From positions 224,001 to 288,000 of the forward strand of contig JBFWJS010000001.1 of NCBI GenBank assembly GCA_050253075.1: 64,000 nucleotides of DNA, written 5' to 3'. The position numbers and the translations under genes were made by a program. The DNA is from Deferribacterales bacterium (GTDB lineage Bacteria > Chrysiogenota > Deferribacteres > Deferribacterales > Geovibrionaceae). Under the pieces are notes generated by a model, which saw only the letters and a program-made list of their open reading frames with translations, searched no databases and was not told where the DNA came from. Position 1 is the first letter of the stretch; each line of letters begins with the position of its first letter. Of the stretch, positions 9,428 through 19,800 are shown piece by piece.

Positions 9428-10675
9428 CTACTTCAGGATGTAAACTGTCTTTGGTCCTTTGAAGATGTCGGCTGCTTTCTTGATATCATCGACACTTATC
9501 CCTTTAAGTACATTGATATAATTCTCAAAGTACTCGCTGCCGAGCCCTGCATTTTCAAAGAAGCACGCATACCAAGCCTGTTTCGAATTTGTCTGAGAAT
9601 CTATCAGTATCCTTCCGAGCACATAGTTGCGCACGGATTCAAGCTCTGCATCGGTGAGGTCATTTATAAAGTCTCTGTTCAGCCTTTCGATGGTTTCCAG
9701 AGCGTCCTGAACATTCTGCTCAGCGAGCCCTATGTGTGCGATGTACCTCGATGCGCATATCCTCGAAGGATAGAATGCGCCTACGGAATAGGCATAGCCC
9801 TTATCCTTACGCAGTACGTTGAAGTATCTGCTGCTCATGCCTCCGCCTAGTATGTCGGAGATGAGCTTCACGGCGGGGTATGTTTCAGACGATGCAGACG
9901 GAGCGGTATATCCTATGAACAGCTTAGCCTGCTGCAGTTTCTCATCGAATTCCTCTATCTTCACATCTTCTTTTATGACGCTTGCACCGCATTCCGCCTC
10001 AAAGGGTTTCCCCTTCGGCAGTTTTGCGAATATTGCCTTGATCTTTGTGAGCTGTTCGGGGGTGTATTTACCCGCCACGGCCACAGTGATATTTGCACCC
10101 TGCAGTAGCTCTTTGCCGTAGGACTTCATGTCCGCAACAGTCAGGGTGTCTACACTTTCGATGGTCCCTTCGGAGTTCATCCCGTAAGGGTGCCCTTTGT
10201 ATGTCGCAGCCATAAAGCTCTTCATGGCTCTGGCATCAGGGTTATCCTGAGATGCTTTTATCCCTTCTTTCTGAAGGTTTTTATCATGTTCGAATATCTT
10301 TTCGTCTATCTTAGGATTCAGGATGAGTTCGCCGTAGCTGTCTATCATCTTATCGAAATATTCGGCAGGAATGGAGAACGTGGTCTCTACAAAGTCGGTA
10401 CCGACGGATGAGTATATACCTCCGCCGTAAAACTCTGTCTGTTTGATGAGGTCGCTGGATTTAACCCATACGGAGCTGAAGAGTGAGCCTACGCCGTTCT
10501 TCGCCTCTGTTTCTCTCACAGTGCCGCCGCGCACGAAAAATACCACTGAGAGCGTCTCAGTGTAGTCCCTGTTTATCTCGATAAATTTAACGCCATTGTC
10601 CAGCAACGATTTCCCTCCGGCGAAAGCGGACACCGCCATAAATAATAGTGTTAGAAACAAAACCGCTTTTCTCAT
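9428..10675 (-). CDS. M16 (pitrilysin) family protein with signal peptide, probably the non-catalytic subunit type
   Basis: FVRGG..ETEAKNG, GHPYG, ILGGGMSSRYF..LRKDKGYAYSV; no HxxEH zinc motif. Confidence 0.85.
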   Translation of the reverse strand: MRKAVLFLTLLFMAVSAFAGGKSLLDNGVKFIEINRDYTETLSVVFFVRGGTVRETEAKNGVGSLFSSVWVKSSDLIKQTEFYGGGIYSSVGTDFVETTFSIPAEYFDKMIDSYGELILNPKIDEKIFEHDKNLQKEGIKASQDNPDARAMKSFMAATYKGHPYGMNSEGTIESVDTLTVADMKSYGKELLQGANITVAVAGKYTPEQLTKIKAIFAKLPKGKPFEAECGASVIKEDVKIEEFDEKLQQAKLFIGYTAPSASSETYPAVKLISDILGGGMSSRYFNVLRKDKGYAYSVGAFYPSRICASRYIAHIGLAEQNVQDALETIERLNRDFINDLTDAELESVRNYVLGRILIDSQTNSKQAWYACFFENAGLGSEYFENYINVLKGISVDDIKKAADIFKGPKTVYILK

Positions 10676-10683
10676 CAATTACC

Positions 10684-11286
10684 TCAGTCTATGTATACTT
10701 TCCTGCCCTCTATGCGGAGTCTGTCGTCACAGAACAGCTTTACCGCTTCGGGGTATATTCTATGTTCTTCGACAAGTATCCTCGCAGAAAGTTCGTCTTC
10801 GGTGTCGGTCTGCTCCACAGGCACAACAGCCTGCAGGATGATGGCTCCGTTGTCCATCTCTTCATCCACAAAGTGGACGGTGCATCCCGCAAATCTCACT
10901 CCGTATTCCAGAGCGTCCCTCTGCCCGTGCAGTCCTTTGAAGGAAGGGAGCAGCGCAGGGTGTATGTTTATTATCCTGTTGCGGAAAGCCTCGATGAAAA
11001 GCGGCGATATCAGCCTCATATACCCCGCAAGGCACACAAGGTCTGTCCCCTTTTCATTAAGTATCCGCACAAGCTCTGCGTCGTATGCATCACGGTCTGC
11101 GAATGCCTTCGGGTCTACAAAGCGTGCGTCCAGTCCGTTCTCACGGGCAAATTCCAGCCCTTTCGAGTCCGCCTTATTGCTGACGACAACTGCTATCTCG
11201 CCGTTTATATCGCCTGCATCCACAGCTTTTTTAATAGACATGAAGTTGCTCCCCCTGCCGGAGAGCAGAACCGCTATCTTTTTCAA
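10684..11286 (-). CDS. purN: Phosphoribosylglycinamide formyltransferase
   Basis: LLSGRGSN, LAGYMRL, INIHPALLPSFKG, GCTVHFV. Confidence 0.97.
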   Translation of the reverse strand: MKKIAVLLSGRGSNFMSIKKAVDAGDINGEIAVVVSNKADSKGLEFARENGLDARFVDPKAFADRDAYDAELVRILNEKGTDLVCLAGYMRLISPLFIEAFRNRIINIHPALLPSFKGLHGQRDALEYGVRFAGCTVHFVDEEMDNGAIILQAVVPVEQTDTEDELSARILVEEHRIYPEAVKLFCDDRLRIEGRKVYID

Positions 11287-12317
11287 TTTATCCCCTCGAT
11301 CTCAACTTCGCCGCTGTCTGTTACGGTTCCGATAACACAGGCATCATCTATGAGGCTCATGCATTTTTCCGCTTCAGACTGTTCCAGTATCATGATGTAG
11401 CCTATACCCATGTTGAAAACACGATAGAGCTCTTTCTCTTCGATACCGGATCTCTCGAGGATGAATTTATATATGCCCGGTGTGGGGAACGCGTCAGGAT
11501 TTATCTTCACGCCCTTCCCTTCGGGGAGAACACGGGGGATATTGTCATAAAATCCGCCGCCTGTGATATGCACCATACCTTTGATGTCTATGCCCTTTTC
11601 GATAACGCTGAGCACCTGCTGCACGTATATGCGTGTCGGTGCGAGGAGCGCATGCTTGAGCTGTACATCATCATAAAGAACGTCGTCGTTGCTCATGCCG
11701 AGCTTATCGTAAAAGAGCTTTCTGGCGAGGGAGAATCCGTTGCTGTGGAGTCCGCTGGACGGCAGCCCCACGAGAACATCGCCCTTTGTAATGCGGTCGC
11801 CTGTAATGGCTTTCGGCTTGTCAAGGATGCCCACGGCGAATCCCGCAAGGTCGAAATCCTCACCTGAATACATTCCGGGCATCTCTGCTGTCTCTCCGCC
11901 CACGAGCGGTGATCCTGCCTGACGACAGCCTTCTGCTATACCTTCCACAACCTTTGCCATCTTCTCAGAGCTGAGCTTTCCTGTCGCCATATAGTCGAGG
12001 AAGAAGAGCGGCTTTGCTCCTGTGACGATAATGTCGTTAACGCACATAGCCACAAGGTCTATGCCCACTGTGTTCAGTATGTCGGAGTCTATCGCCACTT
12101 TCAGCTTTGTACCCACTCCGTCTGTGCCCGATACGAGCACGGGATGCTCCATCCCCTTAGCCGATGCTATGTCAAAGAAGCCGGCGAATCCGCCGATGCT
12201 TCCGAGTACGTTTTCGTTATATGTGGACTCTACGGTCTTTTTAATGACGGAGACAAACCTGTTCCCCTCGTCTATGTCCACGCCGCTGTTTTTATAGTCA
12301 AGCCCTTTGTCAGACAC
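11283..12317 (-). CDS. purM: Phosphoribosylaminoimidazole (AIR) synthetase
   Basis: YKNSGVDID, GTDGVGTK, GGETAEMPG, HITGGG, FNMGIG. Confidence 0.97.
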   Translation of the reverse strand: MSDKGLDYKNSGVDIDEGNRFVSVIKKTVESTYNENVLGSIGGFAGFFDIASAKGMEHPVLVSGTDGVGTKLKVAIDSDILNTVGIDLVAMCVNDIIVTGAKPLFFLDYMATGKLSSEKMAKVVEGIAEGCRQAGSPLVGGETAEMPGMYSGEDFDLAGFAVGILDKPKAITGDRITKGDVLVGLPSSGLHSNGFSLARKLFYDKLGMSNDDVLYDDVQLKHALLAPTRIYVQQVLSVIEKGIDIKGMVHITGGGFYDNIPRVLPEGKGVKINPDAFPTPGIYKFILERSGIEEKELYRVFNMGIGYIMILEQSEAEKCMSLIDDACVIGTVTDSGEVEIEGIN

Positions 12318-12332
12318 TTCTCACCTCAAATA

Positions 12333-14381
12333 TCATTTATCGCCCTTAACGAGCCTCTGTATCTCTTCTTTTATAGCTTTTTCCAAAAGTCCGGGGAGCT
12401 CCTCACGCAGGATAGCGGATATCCTTTCAGAGAGCATTCCCTTCACGGTGCTTCTCAGCGCATCGTCGTCTATGCTTTCGCTGACTGCCTGTGCCACAGT
12501 ATCCTCAGCAGGTGCATCTTCGCTGAGCTTAATATCGTCTTCTTCATCGTCGAAGACAGGCTCGTCGTCCAGACAGTCCAGACACTCTTCAGCCTCGTCC
12601 AGCGCATCGTCTATGTCGCCTGCGGATGTATATCCGGGAGTCCCGTCTTCATTGATGCTGTCGAGCAGTTCGTCAAATCCGTCGACATCAGGGTCTGGCT
12701 CAGGCTCTTCGATCAGCATCTCGACCTCGTCCTCTATGGCGGGCTCTTCCTCTGCCTTCTCTTCGTCAAATTCCTCGAGACCTGCGAAAGGATCGTCCGA
12801 GGCAGGTTCAGGCTCCGCCTTCACCATCTCCTCCATGAATTCATCCTCTGCAGATTCTTCAATTTCCGCTTCCTCTTCGGATTCAGCCTCTGCCGACTCC
12901 TCCTCGAGTATTTCGTCTATGCTTTTACCCGCCGCAGGCTCATTTGGTATCTCACTGAGCATGCTTTGGATATCTTCATCTATATCGTCAGACCCTTCCG
13001 ATGTTTCCTCTTCTGAAACTTCTTCATCGGCGATCTTCTCTTCGTCCACCTCTGTCAGCCCTGCGAAAGGGTCAGACTCTTCATCGGCTATTTCGGCCAT
13101 AGCCTCAAGCTCTTCAGGCAGTTCCACGGCTTCGGATTCCTCTGCCGCTTTGGCGAGGATATCGTCTACGGATTCTTCCTCTGCGGGCTCTTCCTCTTCG
13201 GCTGTTTCCAGCTCCATAAGGAGGCTTTCTGCGGTAGCTTCTATATCTGCGGATTCGGCTCCGTCTATTTCGTCTATGATGACGGGCTCGCCCTCTTCCG
13301 CCTCTGTTTCAAACAGATTGTCCAGATCAGCGACAGGTATGCCGCTCTCCTGTGTTTCATCCGTATCTTCTGATGCTCCGCCCATTGCCGCTTCTGCGAG
13401 GAGGTCGTCTATGGATTCCTCCGCAGGCATTTCAAGCGGTGCATCGGCAAGCTCTTCGAGAAGGGCTTCAGCGGATGTTTCATCCCCGCCTTCGTCGAGC
13501 CCTGCGAAGAAGTCCTGCTCGGCTTCCTCTTCCCCTTCGGCTTCTTCGTCTTTCACTTCGTATGGGTCCTCCGCCAGCTCGTCTAGCAGTGCGGTGCTGT
13601 CCATCTCTTCCTCTTCATCCTCTTCGGCTGCGGCATCTTCACCCTCTTCACCGGGCTTGTCTGCCAGTTCTTCGAGGAGGTCTGCCACATCGTCTTCGAT
13701 GGAGGGCTCTTCCTCGACTGCTTCCTCAGCGTCGTCTTCGGATTCCTCATCTATCTCAGGCAGTTCTATCTCTTCGTCGTCGAGCTCTTCGGCTTCTTCT
13801 TCCATATCTAGCTCGTCTGTGTCTATCTCTTCATCTTCGGCTGTGATGTCATCTTCAAATTCGATATCCTCTACAGCCTCGTCGGAAAGTTCTTCTTCCT
13901 CGGTTTCCTCTATATCTTCGGCTTCCTCTTCGTCGGCCTCTTCTATTTCGTCCTCTATTTCGTCTTCGGCTATTTCGCCTTCATCACCGGCGGGGACAGC
14001 TGCGGCTGCGAGGGAATGCTCACCGCTGAGACCAGTCTCTATCTTTTCTTCGAGCGCTTCAGAGTCGAAGGGTTTATAGATGAAGTCGTTTGCTCCGGAT
14101 TCTGCGCACTGGGTTTCCTCGAACTGGTCGAAAGCCCCCACAAGGAGTATCACCCAGCAGTCGGAACAATGCTCACGCACCACAGCGACCATCTCGCTGG
14201 ATTTTATGTTCGCCAGTTTATTATCCAGCAGAACAAGATCAGGCTTTTCAGATTTCAGCTTTGAGACGGCCTCTTCTCTGGAGAAAACCTTGCTGACATC
14301 ATACCTTTCCTTATCCACACAGAGGTCTATCACTCTGTGTATGGTCACACTGTCGTCTATAAGCAGTATCTTCTTTTTCAT
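12333..14381 (-). CDS. RomR-like response regulator: receiver domain, very long Glu/Asp-rich disordered linker, C-terminal helical motif
   Basis: Start at MKKKILLIDDS (RBS GAGGG); PDLVLLD, LLVGAFDQF, YKPFDS receiver; C-terminus LREELPGLLEKAIKEEIQRL. Confidence 0.75.
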   Translation of the reverse strand: MKKKILLIDDSVTIHRVIDLCVDKERYDVSKVFSREEAVSKLKSEKPDLVLLDNKLANIKSSEMVAVVREHCSDCWVILLVGAFDQFEETQCAESGANDFIYKPFDSEALEEKIETGLSGEHSLAAAAVPAGDEGEIAEDEIEDEIEEADEEEAEDIEETEEEELSDEAVEDIEFEDDITAEDEEIDTDELDMEEEAEELDDEEIELPEIDEESEDDAEEAVEEEPSIEDDVADLLEELADKPGEEGEDAAAEEDEEEEMDSTALLDELAEDPYEVKDEEAEGEEEAEQDFFAGLDEGGDETSAEALLEELADAPLEMPAEESIDDLLAEAAMGGASEDTDETQESGIPVADLDNLFETEAEEGEPVIIDEIDGAESADIEATAESLLMELETAEEEEPAEEESVDDILAKAAEESEAVELPEELEAMAEIADEESDPFAGLTEVDEEKIADEEVSEEETSEGSDDIDEDIQSMLSEIPNEPAAGKSIDEILEEESAEAESEEEAEIEESAEDEFMEEMVKAEPEPASDDPFAGLEEFDEEKAEEEPAIEDEVEMLIEEPEPDPDVDGFDELLDSINEDGTPGYTSAGDIDDALDEAEECLDCLDDEPVFDDEEDDIKLSEDAPAEDTVAQAVSESIDDDALRSTVKGMLSERISAILREELPGLLEKAIKEEIQRLVKGDK

Positions 14382-14521
14382 GAAATCCCTCATTAACCGA
14401 AGCGCGGTCTCACAGCACACACGTGTACTGCGGGAACAATAGTCCTAATTTATTATATTATCACCTTAGATGTTAATAATCAACAGTATGAGGCGTTAAG
14501 ATGCGGATAAAATAAGGGTTT

Positions 14522-15013
14522 TCAGCATACGCTTGTGGGTTCGCCGTAGAGATTGGTTATATACCTGTTAACACACGTAGGGACAAATTCTGAAACGTCC
14601 CCTTTATGGGCTGCGACCTCACGTACCATACTGGACGAAAGGAAGATATATTCCTGATTAGGCATGAGAAAAACTGTTTCGAAGTCCTTCTCCATCTTTC
14701 TGTTCATAAGGGCAAGCTGGAATTCGTACTCGAAGTCGCTTACGGCACGAAGCCCGCGAACCACGACGTTTGCTTTCATCTTTTTCATGAATTTTATGAG
14801 CAGACATGTGAAAGGCACAACCTCGATGTTATCCACACCTTTGAAGGTCTCCTTCGCCATCGCCACTCTTTCTTCAAGACTGAATGCCGTATTCTTCTTT
14901 CGGTTCTCAGACACAGCTATTATCATTTTATCAAAGAGCTTTGCGCCTCTCAGCGCTATGTCCACATGACCGTTTGTGAGCGGGTCGAATGTACCCGGGT
15001 AAAGTGCAATCAT
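14522..15013 (-). CDS. coaD: Phosphopantetheine adenylyltransferase
   Basis: YPGTFDPLTNGH, RGLRAVSDFEYE, LSSSMVRE. Confidence 0.97.
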   Translation of the reverse strand: MIALYPGTFDPLTNGHVDIALRGAKLFDKMIIAVSENRKKNTAFSLEERVAMAKETFKGVDNIEVVPFTCLLIKFMKKMKANVVVRGLRAVSDFEYEFQLALMNRKMEKDFETVFLMPNQEYIFLSSSMVREVAAHKGDVSEFVPTCVNRYITNLYGEPTSVC

Positions 15014-15540
15014 ATCATCACCGAAAGATAGTATATTTTCGTATCTCCGTACTTTTTCTCACCGTCGAGCTCAAAGCCCTCAGGCAGTTCAAAAGCCGTC
15101 CTTACGCTCTCTTCATATATCAAAATACCTTCATTTGCAAGGATTTCATGTTTTTTTACAAGCTCCAGAAGCTCCTTTGGATCGAGTTTTCCATAAGGCG
15201 GGTCGATAAAAACTATGTCGAATTTTTCACTAAAACGCTCGATAACGCTCTCAACCTTCCCTTTTATCAACTGAAACGTGCCTTTTTCTGCCATTTCACA
15301 GTTCTTTTTGGCGAAATCAGGCTTAATATCCACAAATGTACAGTGGGATGCGCCCCTACTGAGAGCTTCCAGCCCGAAGGCACCTGTTCCGCAGAAAAGA
15401 TCAAGCACTTTTGCCCCCTCCACCCTGTCATACAGGCTGGAGAAGATAGCATTACGCACCTTATCCGTTGTGGGTCTGACTGATGAGTCTTTCGGCGTAG
15501 TCAGCGATTTGTTCTTGAAGCTGCCGCTTATTATCTTCAC
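15010..15540 (-). CDS. rsmD: 16S rRNA m2G966 methyltransferase
   Basis: MKIISG, VRPTTDKVR, LDLFCGTGAFGLEALSRGA, DPPY; next to coaD. Confidence 0.93.
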   Translation of the reverse strand: MKIISGSFKNKSLTTPKDSSVRPTTDKVRNAIFSSLYDRVEGAKVLDLFCGTGAFGLEALSRGASHCTFVDIKPDFAKKNCEMAEKGTFQLIKGKVESVIERFSEKFDIVFIDPPYGKLDPKELLELVKKHEILANEGILIYEESVRTAFELPEGFELDGEKKYGDTKIYYLSVMI

Positions 15541-16492
15541 CCGATGTCTCCAGTATCTTCTTTGCTACATGCACAAAATCAGGCTTTGCGCCCTCTTTTA
15601 TGCTTACTTTGTCTTTGTGCATATTCTTCAGATATGCCTTATAACCATATGCTGTATTTAAATATTGCTGCGCAATCTCTAAATCATTACCCATTTCGAA
15701 AAAGGTTTGAATCACAACTGTTTTTGCCATATCACCCATAGCAGGATGATATGCTCCGGCCAGTGCAGATTCCTTTACGGACGGACTGTCATGCAGCCCC
15801 ATCCTTATCACATCAGAACCCGATGCTGTCAGCATTATATATCCGTATGCGCATTTTGCAACCGCCTCGGCGAGAGTCAGCGGTTTATACGCTCCGCTCC
15901 CGTAAAGCTCAGCCAGCTCCGTTTCCTCTATCACCACAGTAGGATATATCCTTGCATAGTCTGCATTCACCGACATTGCCGTATCGACAGTCGACGCAAA
16001 AGTGTCGTCTGTCTCCGTATACATCCCCGCCATAAGCTGTATGCCGAGGGATATACCGCTCGATTTTATAAGCTCGATGGCACGCAGACACTGGGCAGAA
16101 TCATAGGGTCTTTTATTCGCTTTCAACACATCGTCGTCGAATGACTGTACGCCAAGCTCTATTGTTTTGACATTATTTTCGATACTTTCACGGATGATTT
16201 CTTCATTTATGCAGTCGGGAGAGGTGGAAAACCTTAAAGTACTGATACCTGTTTCATGGGCAAGTACATACAGAGATTTACGAATCCCGTCAGGAAGACA
16301 GCTGAAACTGCCCCCATAGAATGCAAGCTCTGTCCACTCCACATCCATAGACATACATTCGTCTATCTGATCTTTTGCAGATGTTAAGACATTGCTGGGT
16401 TTTATCCCTGTGATGCGGTGCTGATTACAATAGACACATCTGGAGGTGCAGCCTGCAAATGTTATAAAGACGGGGAGTATTTTATTTTTCAT
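15461..16492 (-). CDS. Radical SAM protein (Elp3/YhcC-like family often found beside rnc)
   Basis: PVFI..AGCTSRCVYCNQ (CxxxCxxC), AFYGGSF, IELGVQS, RIYPT, YHPA. Confidence 0.85.
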   Translation of the reverse strand: MKNKILPVFITFAGCTSRCVYCNQHRITGIKPSNVLTSAKDQIDECMSMDVEWTELAFYGGSFSCLPDGIRKSLYVLAHETGISTLRFSTSPDCINEEIIRESIENNVKTIELGVQSFDDDVLKANKRPYDSAQCLRAIELIKSSGISLGIQLMAGMYTETDDTFASTVDTAMSVNADYARIYPTVVIEETELAELYGSGAYKPLTLAEAVAKCAYGYIMLTASGSDVIRMGLHDSPSVKESALAGAYHPAMGDMAKTVVIQTFFEMGNDLEIAQQYLNTAYGYKAYLKNMHKDKVSIKEGAKPDFVHVAKKILETSGEDNKRQLQEQIADYAERLISQTHNG

Positions 16493-17186
16493 TTCCCAGA
16501 GCTTTGAGAGCGTTCTTTGCTGCGTCTTTCTCTGCGCTCTTCTTTGTCTTGCCTATCCCTTTTTCACAGACGAGGTCCTGCACTTCCACCCTTACTACGA
16601 ATATCTTATCATGCTCAGGACCTTTCTCGTCCAGCACGGTGTATTCGGGGAGGGAGCCGTATTTCCTCTGGGATATCTTCTGAAGCTCGCTTTTCGCATC
16701 TACAAAGGAGCAGTTCGATATGTCCTCGTCTATGCGTGAGCCGAAGTGGGTTATGATGATCTGTCTGGCAAAGTCATATCCGCCGTCGAGGTAGATAGCA
16801 GCCACCACAGACTCGAATATGTCGCAAAGGAGGGATTCTTTATATTTGCCGCCGGACGCTTTTTCACCCTTACCCAGCAGAATGTATTCGCCGAGTTTGA
16901 GTTCAATGGCTACCTTGCTTAAGAATCCTTCGCTGACGAAATATCCACGGAGCTTGGATAAAAGACCTTCGTCATAGTCTTTATACCTGTCCAGCAGATA
17001 CTCTGTAACAATAAGCTGGAGTACCGCGTCTCCGAGGAACTCCAGCCTTTCATAGTTTTGTTTATTCTTTTTTTCGTGAGCGTATGACCTGTGTGTCAGA
17101 GCCTCAAGCACGATAGACCTGTCGGAAAAGCTGTAACCAAGACGCTTCTCAAGCGACTCTATGTCTATCCCTGCTACGCTATTCAT
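16482..17186 (-). CDS. rnc: Ribonuclease III
   Basis: [18 protein letters not shown] signature, C-terminal dsRBD. Confidence 0.97.
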   Translation of the reverse strand: MNSVAGIDIESLEKRLGYSFSDRSIVLEALTHRSYAHEKKNKQNYERLEFLGDAVLQLIVTEYLLDRYKDYDEGLLSKLRGYFVSEGFLSKVAIELKLGEYILLGKGEKASGGKYKESLLCDIFESVVAAIYLDGGYDFARQIIITHFGSRIDEDISNCSFVDAKSELQKISQRKYGSLPEYTVLDEKGPEHDKIFVVRVEVQDLVCEKGIGKTKKSAEKDAAKNALKALGNEK

Positions 17187-18423
17187 ATTTCTTAAATATC
17201 AGTGTACCGTTTGTACCACCGAAGCCGAAGGAGTTGCTGAGGGCGTATTTGACCTCTTTTTCCTGAGCTTTATTAGGTACATAGTCCAGCGGACAGTCTG
17301 GGTCCTGGTTTTCAAGGTTGATAGTAGGAGGCAGTATGCCCTTTTCTATCGCCATACAGCAGTAAATACCCTCGACACTACCCGCAGCACCGAGAAGGTG
17401 GCCTGTCATAGACTTTGTAGAGCTTACCTTCAGTTTCTGTGCGTGCTCACCGAAAACTTCTTTAAGAGCGAGAGACTCACCCTTGTCATTAAACGGTGTG
17501 GATGTACCGTGAGCGTTCACATAGTCGATATCAGACGGTGCGATGCCTGCATCTTTAAGAGCAGCTCTCATGCATCTGATAGCTCCGTCGCCTGTCTCGT
17601 CAGGTGCTGTCATGTGATAAGCATCTGCGGAAGCGCCGTAACCTGCGAATTCGCCGTATATTTTGGCTCCTCTGGCCTGAGCATGCTCAAGTGATTCGAG
17701 AAGCATGATACCGCATCCCTCGCCCATTACAAATCCGTCACGGTCTTTGTCGAATGGTCTGGAAGCAGCTTTAGGATCTTCGTTTCTTTTAGAGAGAGCC
17801 TTCATGTTTGAGAAACCGCCGATGGCGAGTGCTGTGATGGAGCTCTCTGTTCCGCCTGCGAGCATAACGTCGGCATCACCGCGCTGGATGATCTTTGCTG
17901 CTTCGCCGATGGAGTGTGTACCTGTTGTGCAGGCAGTAACGATGGAGAGGTTAGGGCCTTTGAATCCGAACTGGATGGAAACGCCGCCGCTCGCCATGTT
18001 AATGATGGAAGTAGGAATGAAGAAAGGAGAAATCTTTTTAACGCCTTTTTCATCGTATGCTCTTGTTGTCTCTTCAATAGCCTGGAATCCGCCGATACCT
18101 GAGCCGACACATGTTCCGCATCTGTCGAGATCAAATTTCTCTGCATCGAATTCAGCCATATTAAGAGCCATCTGTGATGCCACGATAGCGTATGTTACGA
18201 ATCTTTCATGTCTTTTCACAGATTTAGGATCAACAAAGTCTCCGGGCTCGAAATTTTTCACGAGTCCTGCAAATTTTACAGGCAGCTCAGTGGTGTCCAG
18301 TCTGTCCTCAGGGATAAAATCTATACCGGATATACCGTTCACCAGAGAGTTCCAGTTTGCTTCATTACCTATACCGATAGGTGTGATGAGGCCATAGCCT
18401 GTTACAACTACTCTTTTCTTCAC
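17179..18423 (-). CDS. fabF: 3-oxoacyl-ACP synthase II
   Basis: GTG start at VKKRVVVTG after [41 protein letters not shown]. Confidence 0.97.
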   Translation of the reverse strand: MKKRVVVTGYGLITPIGIGNEANWNSLVNGISGIDFIPEDRLDTTELPVKFAGLVKNFEPGDFVDPKSVKRHERFVTYAIVASQMALNMAEFDAEKFDLDRCGTCVGSGIGGFQAIEETTRAYDEKGVKKISPFFIPTSIINMASGGVSIQFGFKGPNLSIVTACTTGTHSIGEAAKIIQRGDADVMLAGGTESSITALAIGGFSNMKALSKRNEDPKAASRPFDKDRDGFVMGEGCGIMLLESLEHAQARGAKIYGEFAGYGASADAYHMTAPDETGDGAIRCMRAALKDAGIAPSDIDYVNAHGTSTPFNDKGESLALKEVFGEHAQKLKVSSTKSMTGHLLGAAGSVEGIYCCMAIEKGILPPTINLENQDPDCPLDYVPNKAQEKEVKYALSNSFGFGGTNGTLIFKKYE

Positions 18424-18532
18424 AAAATCCTCCACAAAACACAGAGCCCGTGCCCTGCTTGCGCTAAAATTATATAAAGGCCACAACAGACGTAGCTGTA
18501 GTGACCGTTTTCTTGTAAGTTATTAAACAGTT

Positions 18533-18551
18533 GGGGGCATGTTATGCCCCC
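18533..18551 (-). terminator. Hairpin after acpP (terminator or mRNA-stabilising stem)
   Basis: GGGGGCAT-gtt-ATGCCCCC perfect stem; weak U tract. Confidence 0.55.
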
Positions 18552-18569
18552 TGTAAAGTTGATATCTTA

Positions 18570-18806
18570 TTATTCAGCAGCGGCTTCGATATGTTTGATA
18601 GCGTCGCCGACAGTTTTGATCTTCTCAGCTTCCTCATCAGGAATCTCAAGACCGAACTCCTCTTCGAAAGCCATGATAAGCTCTACTGTGTCGAGAGAGT
18701 CAGCATCGAGGTCATCGATGAATGAAGCTTCTGGAACAACTGCTTCTGCATCTACGTTGAGCTGCTCAACGATGATTTCTTTTACTTTAGCTGCGATATC
18801 TGCCAT
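18570..18806 (-). CDS. acpP: Acyl carrier protein
   Basis: [23 protein letters not shown]. Confidence 0.97.
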   Translation of the reverse strand: MADIAAKVKEIIVEQLNVDAEAVVPEASFIDDLDADSLDTVELIMAFEEEFGLEIPDEEAEKIKTVGDAIKHIEAAAE

Positions 18807-18898
18807 TTTAGGTCCTCCTAGATTTCTCGTTAGAGAGATATAATTATTTCAACTATTATGCAAGATTTAAATTACAAATTGATCAATTGATTAATTGA

Positions 18899-19645
18899 TC
18901 ACATATACATTCCGCCGTTAACATGTATAGTGTTACCAGTTACATAGTCGGATTCTGGGCTGGCCAGCCATACGACTGCATTAGCAACATCTTCAGCCTC
19001 GCCGAGTGTGCCGAGGGCGATTTTAGCGAGCATAGCCTCGATGACATTCTCAGGGAGAACATCTGTCATAGCCGTTTTTATGAAGCCCGGAGCCACTGCA
19101 TTCACACGAATGCCTCTGCCTGCGAGTTCCTGTGCTGATGTTTTAGTAAGACCGACAAGACCTGCTTTGGAAGCGGAATAGTTAGCCTGACCTGCGTTAC
19201 CGGAAAAGCCTACAACGGAAGCGATGTTAACTATCTTTCCGTATCTGGCTTTCATCATACCCTTAAGCACAGCCTTAGTACAGATAAATGCGCCTTTAAG
19301 GTTTACATCGAGCACTTTTTCCCACTGCTCCACTTTCATTCTCATGATAAGTGTGTCCTGTGTGATACCTGCGTTGTTCACGAGGATATCGACAGGCCCG
19401 AGAGTATCGCCGATCTCTTTTATCATTGCGTTCACGGAATCTTCGCTGGAAACGTCAGCCGCGAATGCCGCTGCCTCGCCGCCTGCTGCCTTTATCTCGG
19501 CAACAACAGCTTCTGCGTCTGCTTTTATATTTGCTATGTCGATGTAGTTAACAGCTACTTTCACGCCAAGAGCAGCCAGCTTCATTGCTATTACTTTACC
19601 GATACCGCTGGATGATCCTGTTACAAGAGCTACTTTACCTTTCAT
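18899..19645 (-). CDS. fabG: 3-oxoacyl-ACP reductase
   Basis: TGSSSGIG, NNAGIT, YSASK, VNGGMYM; inside the fab cluster. Confidence 0.95.
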   Translation of the reverse strand: MKGKVALVTGSSSGIGKVIAMKLAALGVKVAVNYIDIANIKADAEAVVAEIKAAGGEAAAFAADVSSEDSVNAMIKEIGDTLGPVDILVNNAGITQDTLIMRMKVEQWEKVLDVNLKGAFICTKAVLKGMMKARYGKIVNIASVVGFSGNAGQANYSASKAGLVGLTKTSAQELAGRGIRVNAVAPGFIKTAMTDVLPENVIEAMLAKIALGTLGEAEDVANAVVWLASPESDYVTGNTIHVNGGMYM

Positions 19646-19724
19646 TTCATTCTCCTTTTATCTTTTGCAAAAAAAGTTTCGTCGTGGACTTTTTTTGTAC
19701 GAGCTTCGTCTGAACATGTACAGA

Positions 19725-19799
19725 CTGCGCTCCCGCTTTGCTGAAACCTGCGCAGTAAACTGCTGCGGTTCGCTCCGCGAGGTGCGTCCTGCACCTTTA
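19725..19799. repeat. Intergenic REP-like repeat, family B, copy 1
   Basis: Similar along its length to 23260-23337; the last 34 bp match at 32/34; contains the AGGTGC-GTCCT-GCACCT hairpin. Confidence 0.8.
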
Positions 19800-19800
19800 T

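Noticed and set aside
9428..10675. M16 protein lacking HxxEH as a pseudogene
   Set aside because: Non-catalytic M16B subunits are common and the frame is intact.
12307..14079. 590-aa Ser-rich ORF on the plus strand
   Set aside because: Antisense shadow of the Glu/Asp-rich codons of the RomR-like gene; no independent coding signal.
14311..14837. Perfect DnaA boxes TTATCCACA near 14311 and 14829 (another near 57564)
   Set aside because: Isolated and inside coding sequence, with no cluster or adjacent AT-rich unwinding element.
15461..15540. 80-bp overlap between the radical SAM gene and rsmD
   Set aside because: Most simply a run-on C-terminus; both genes are intact and no recoding signal is evident.
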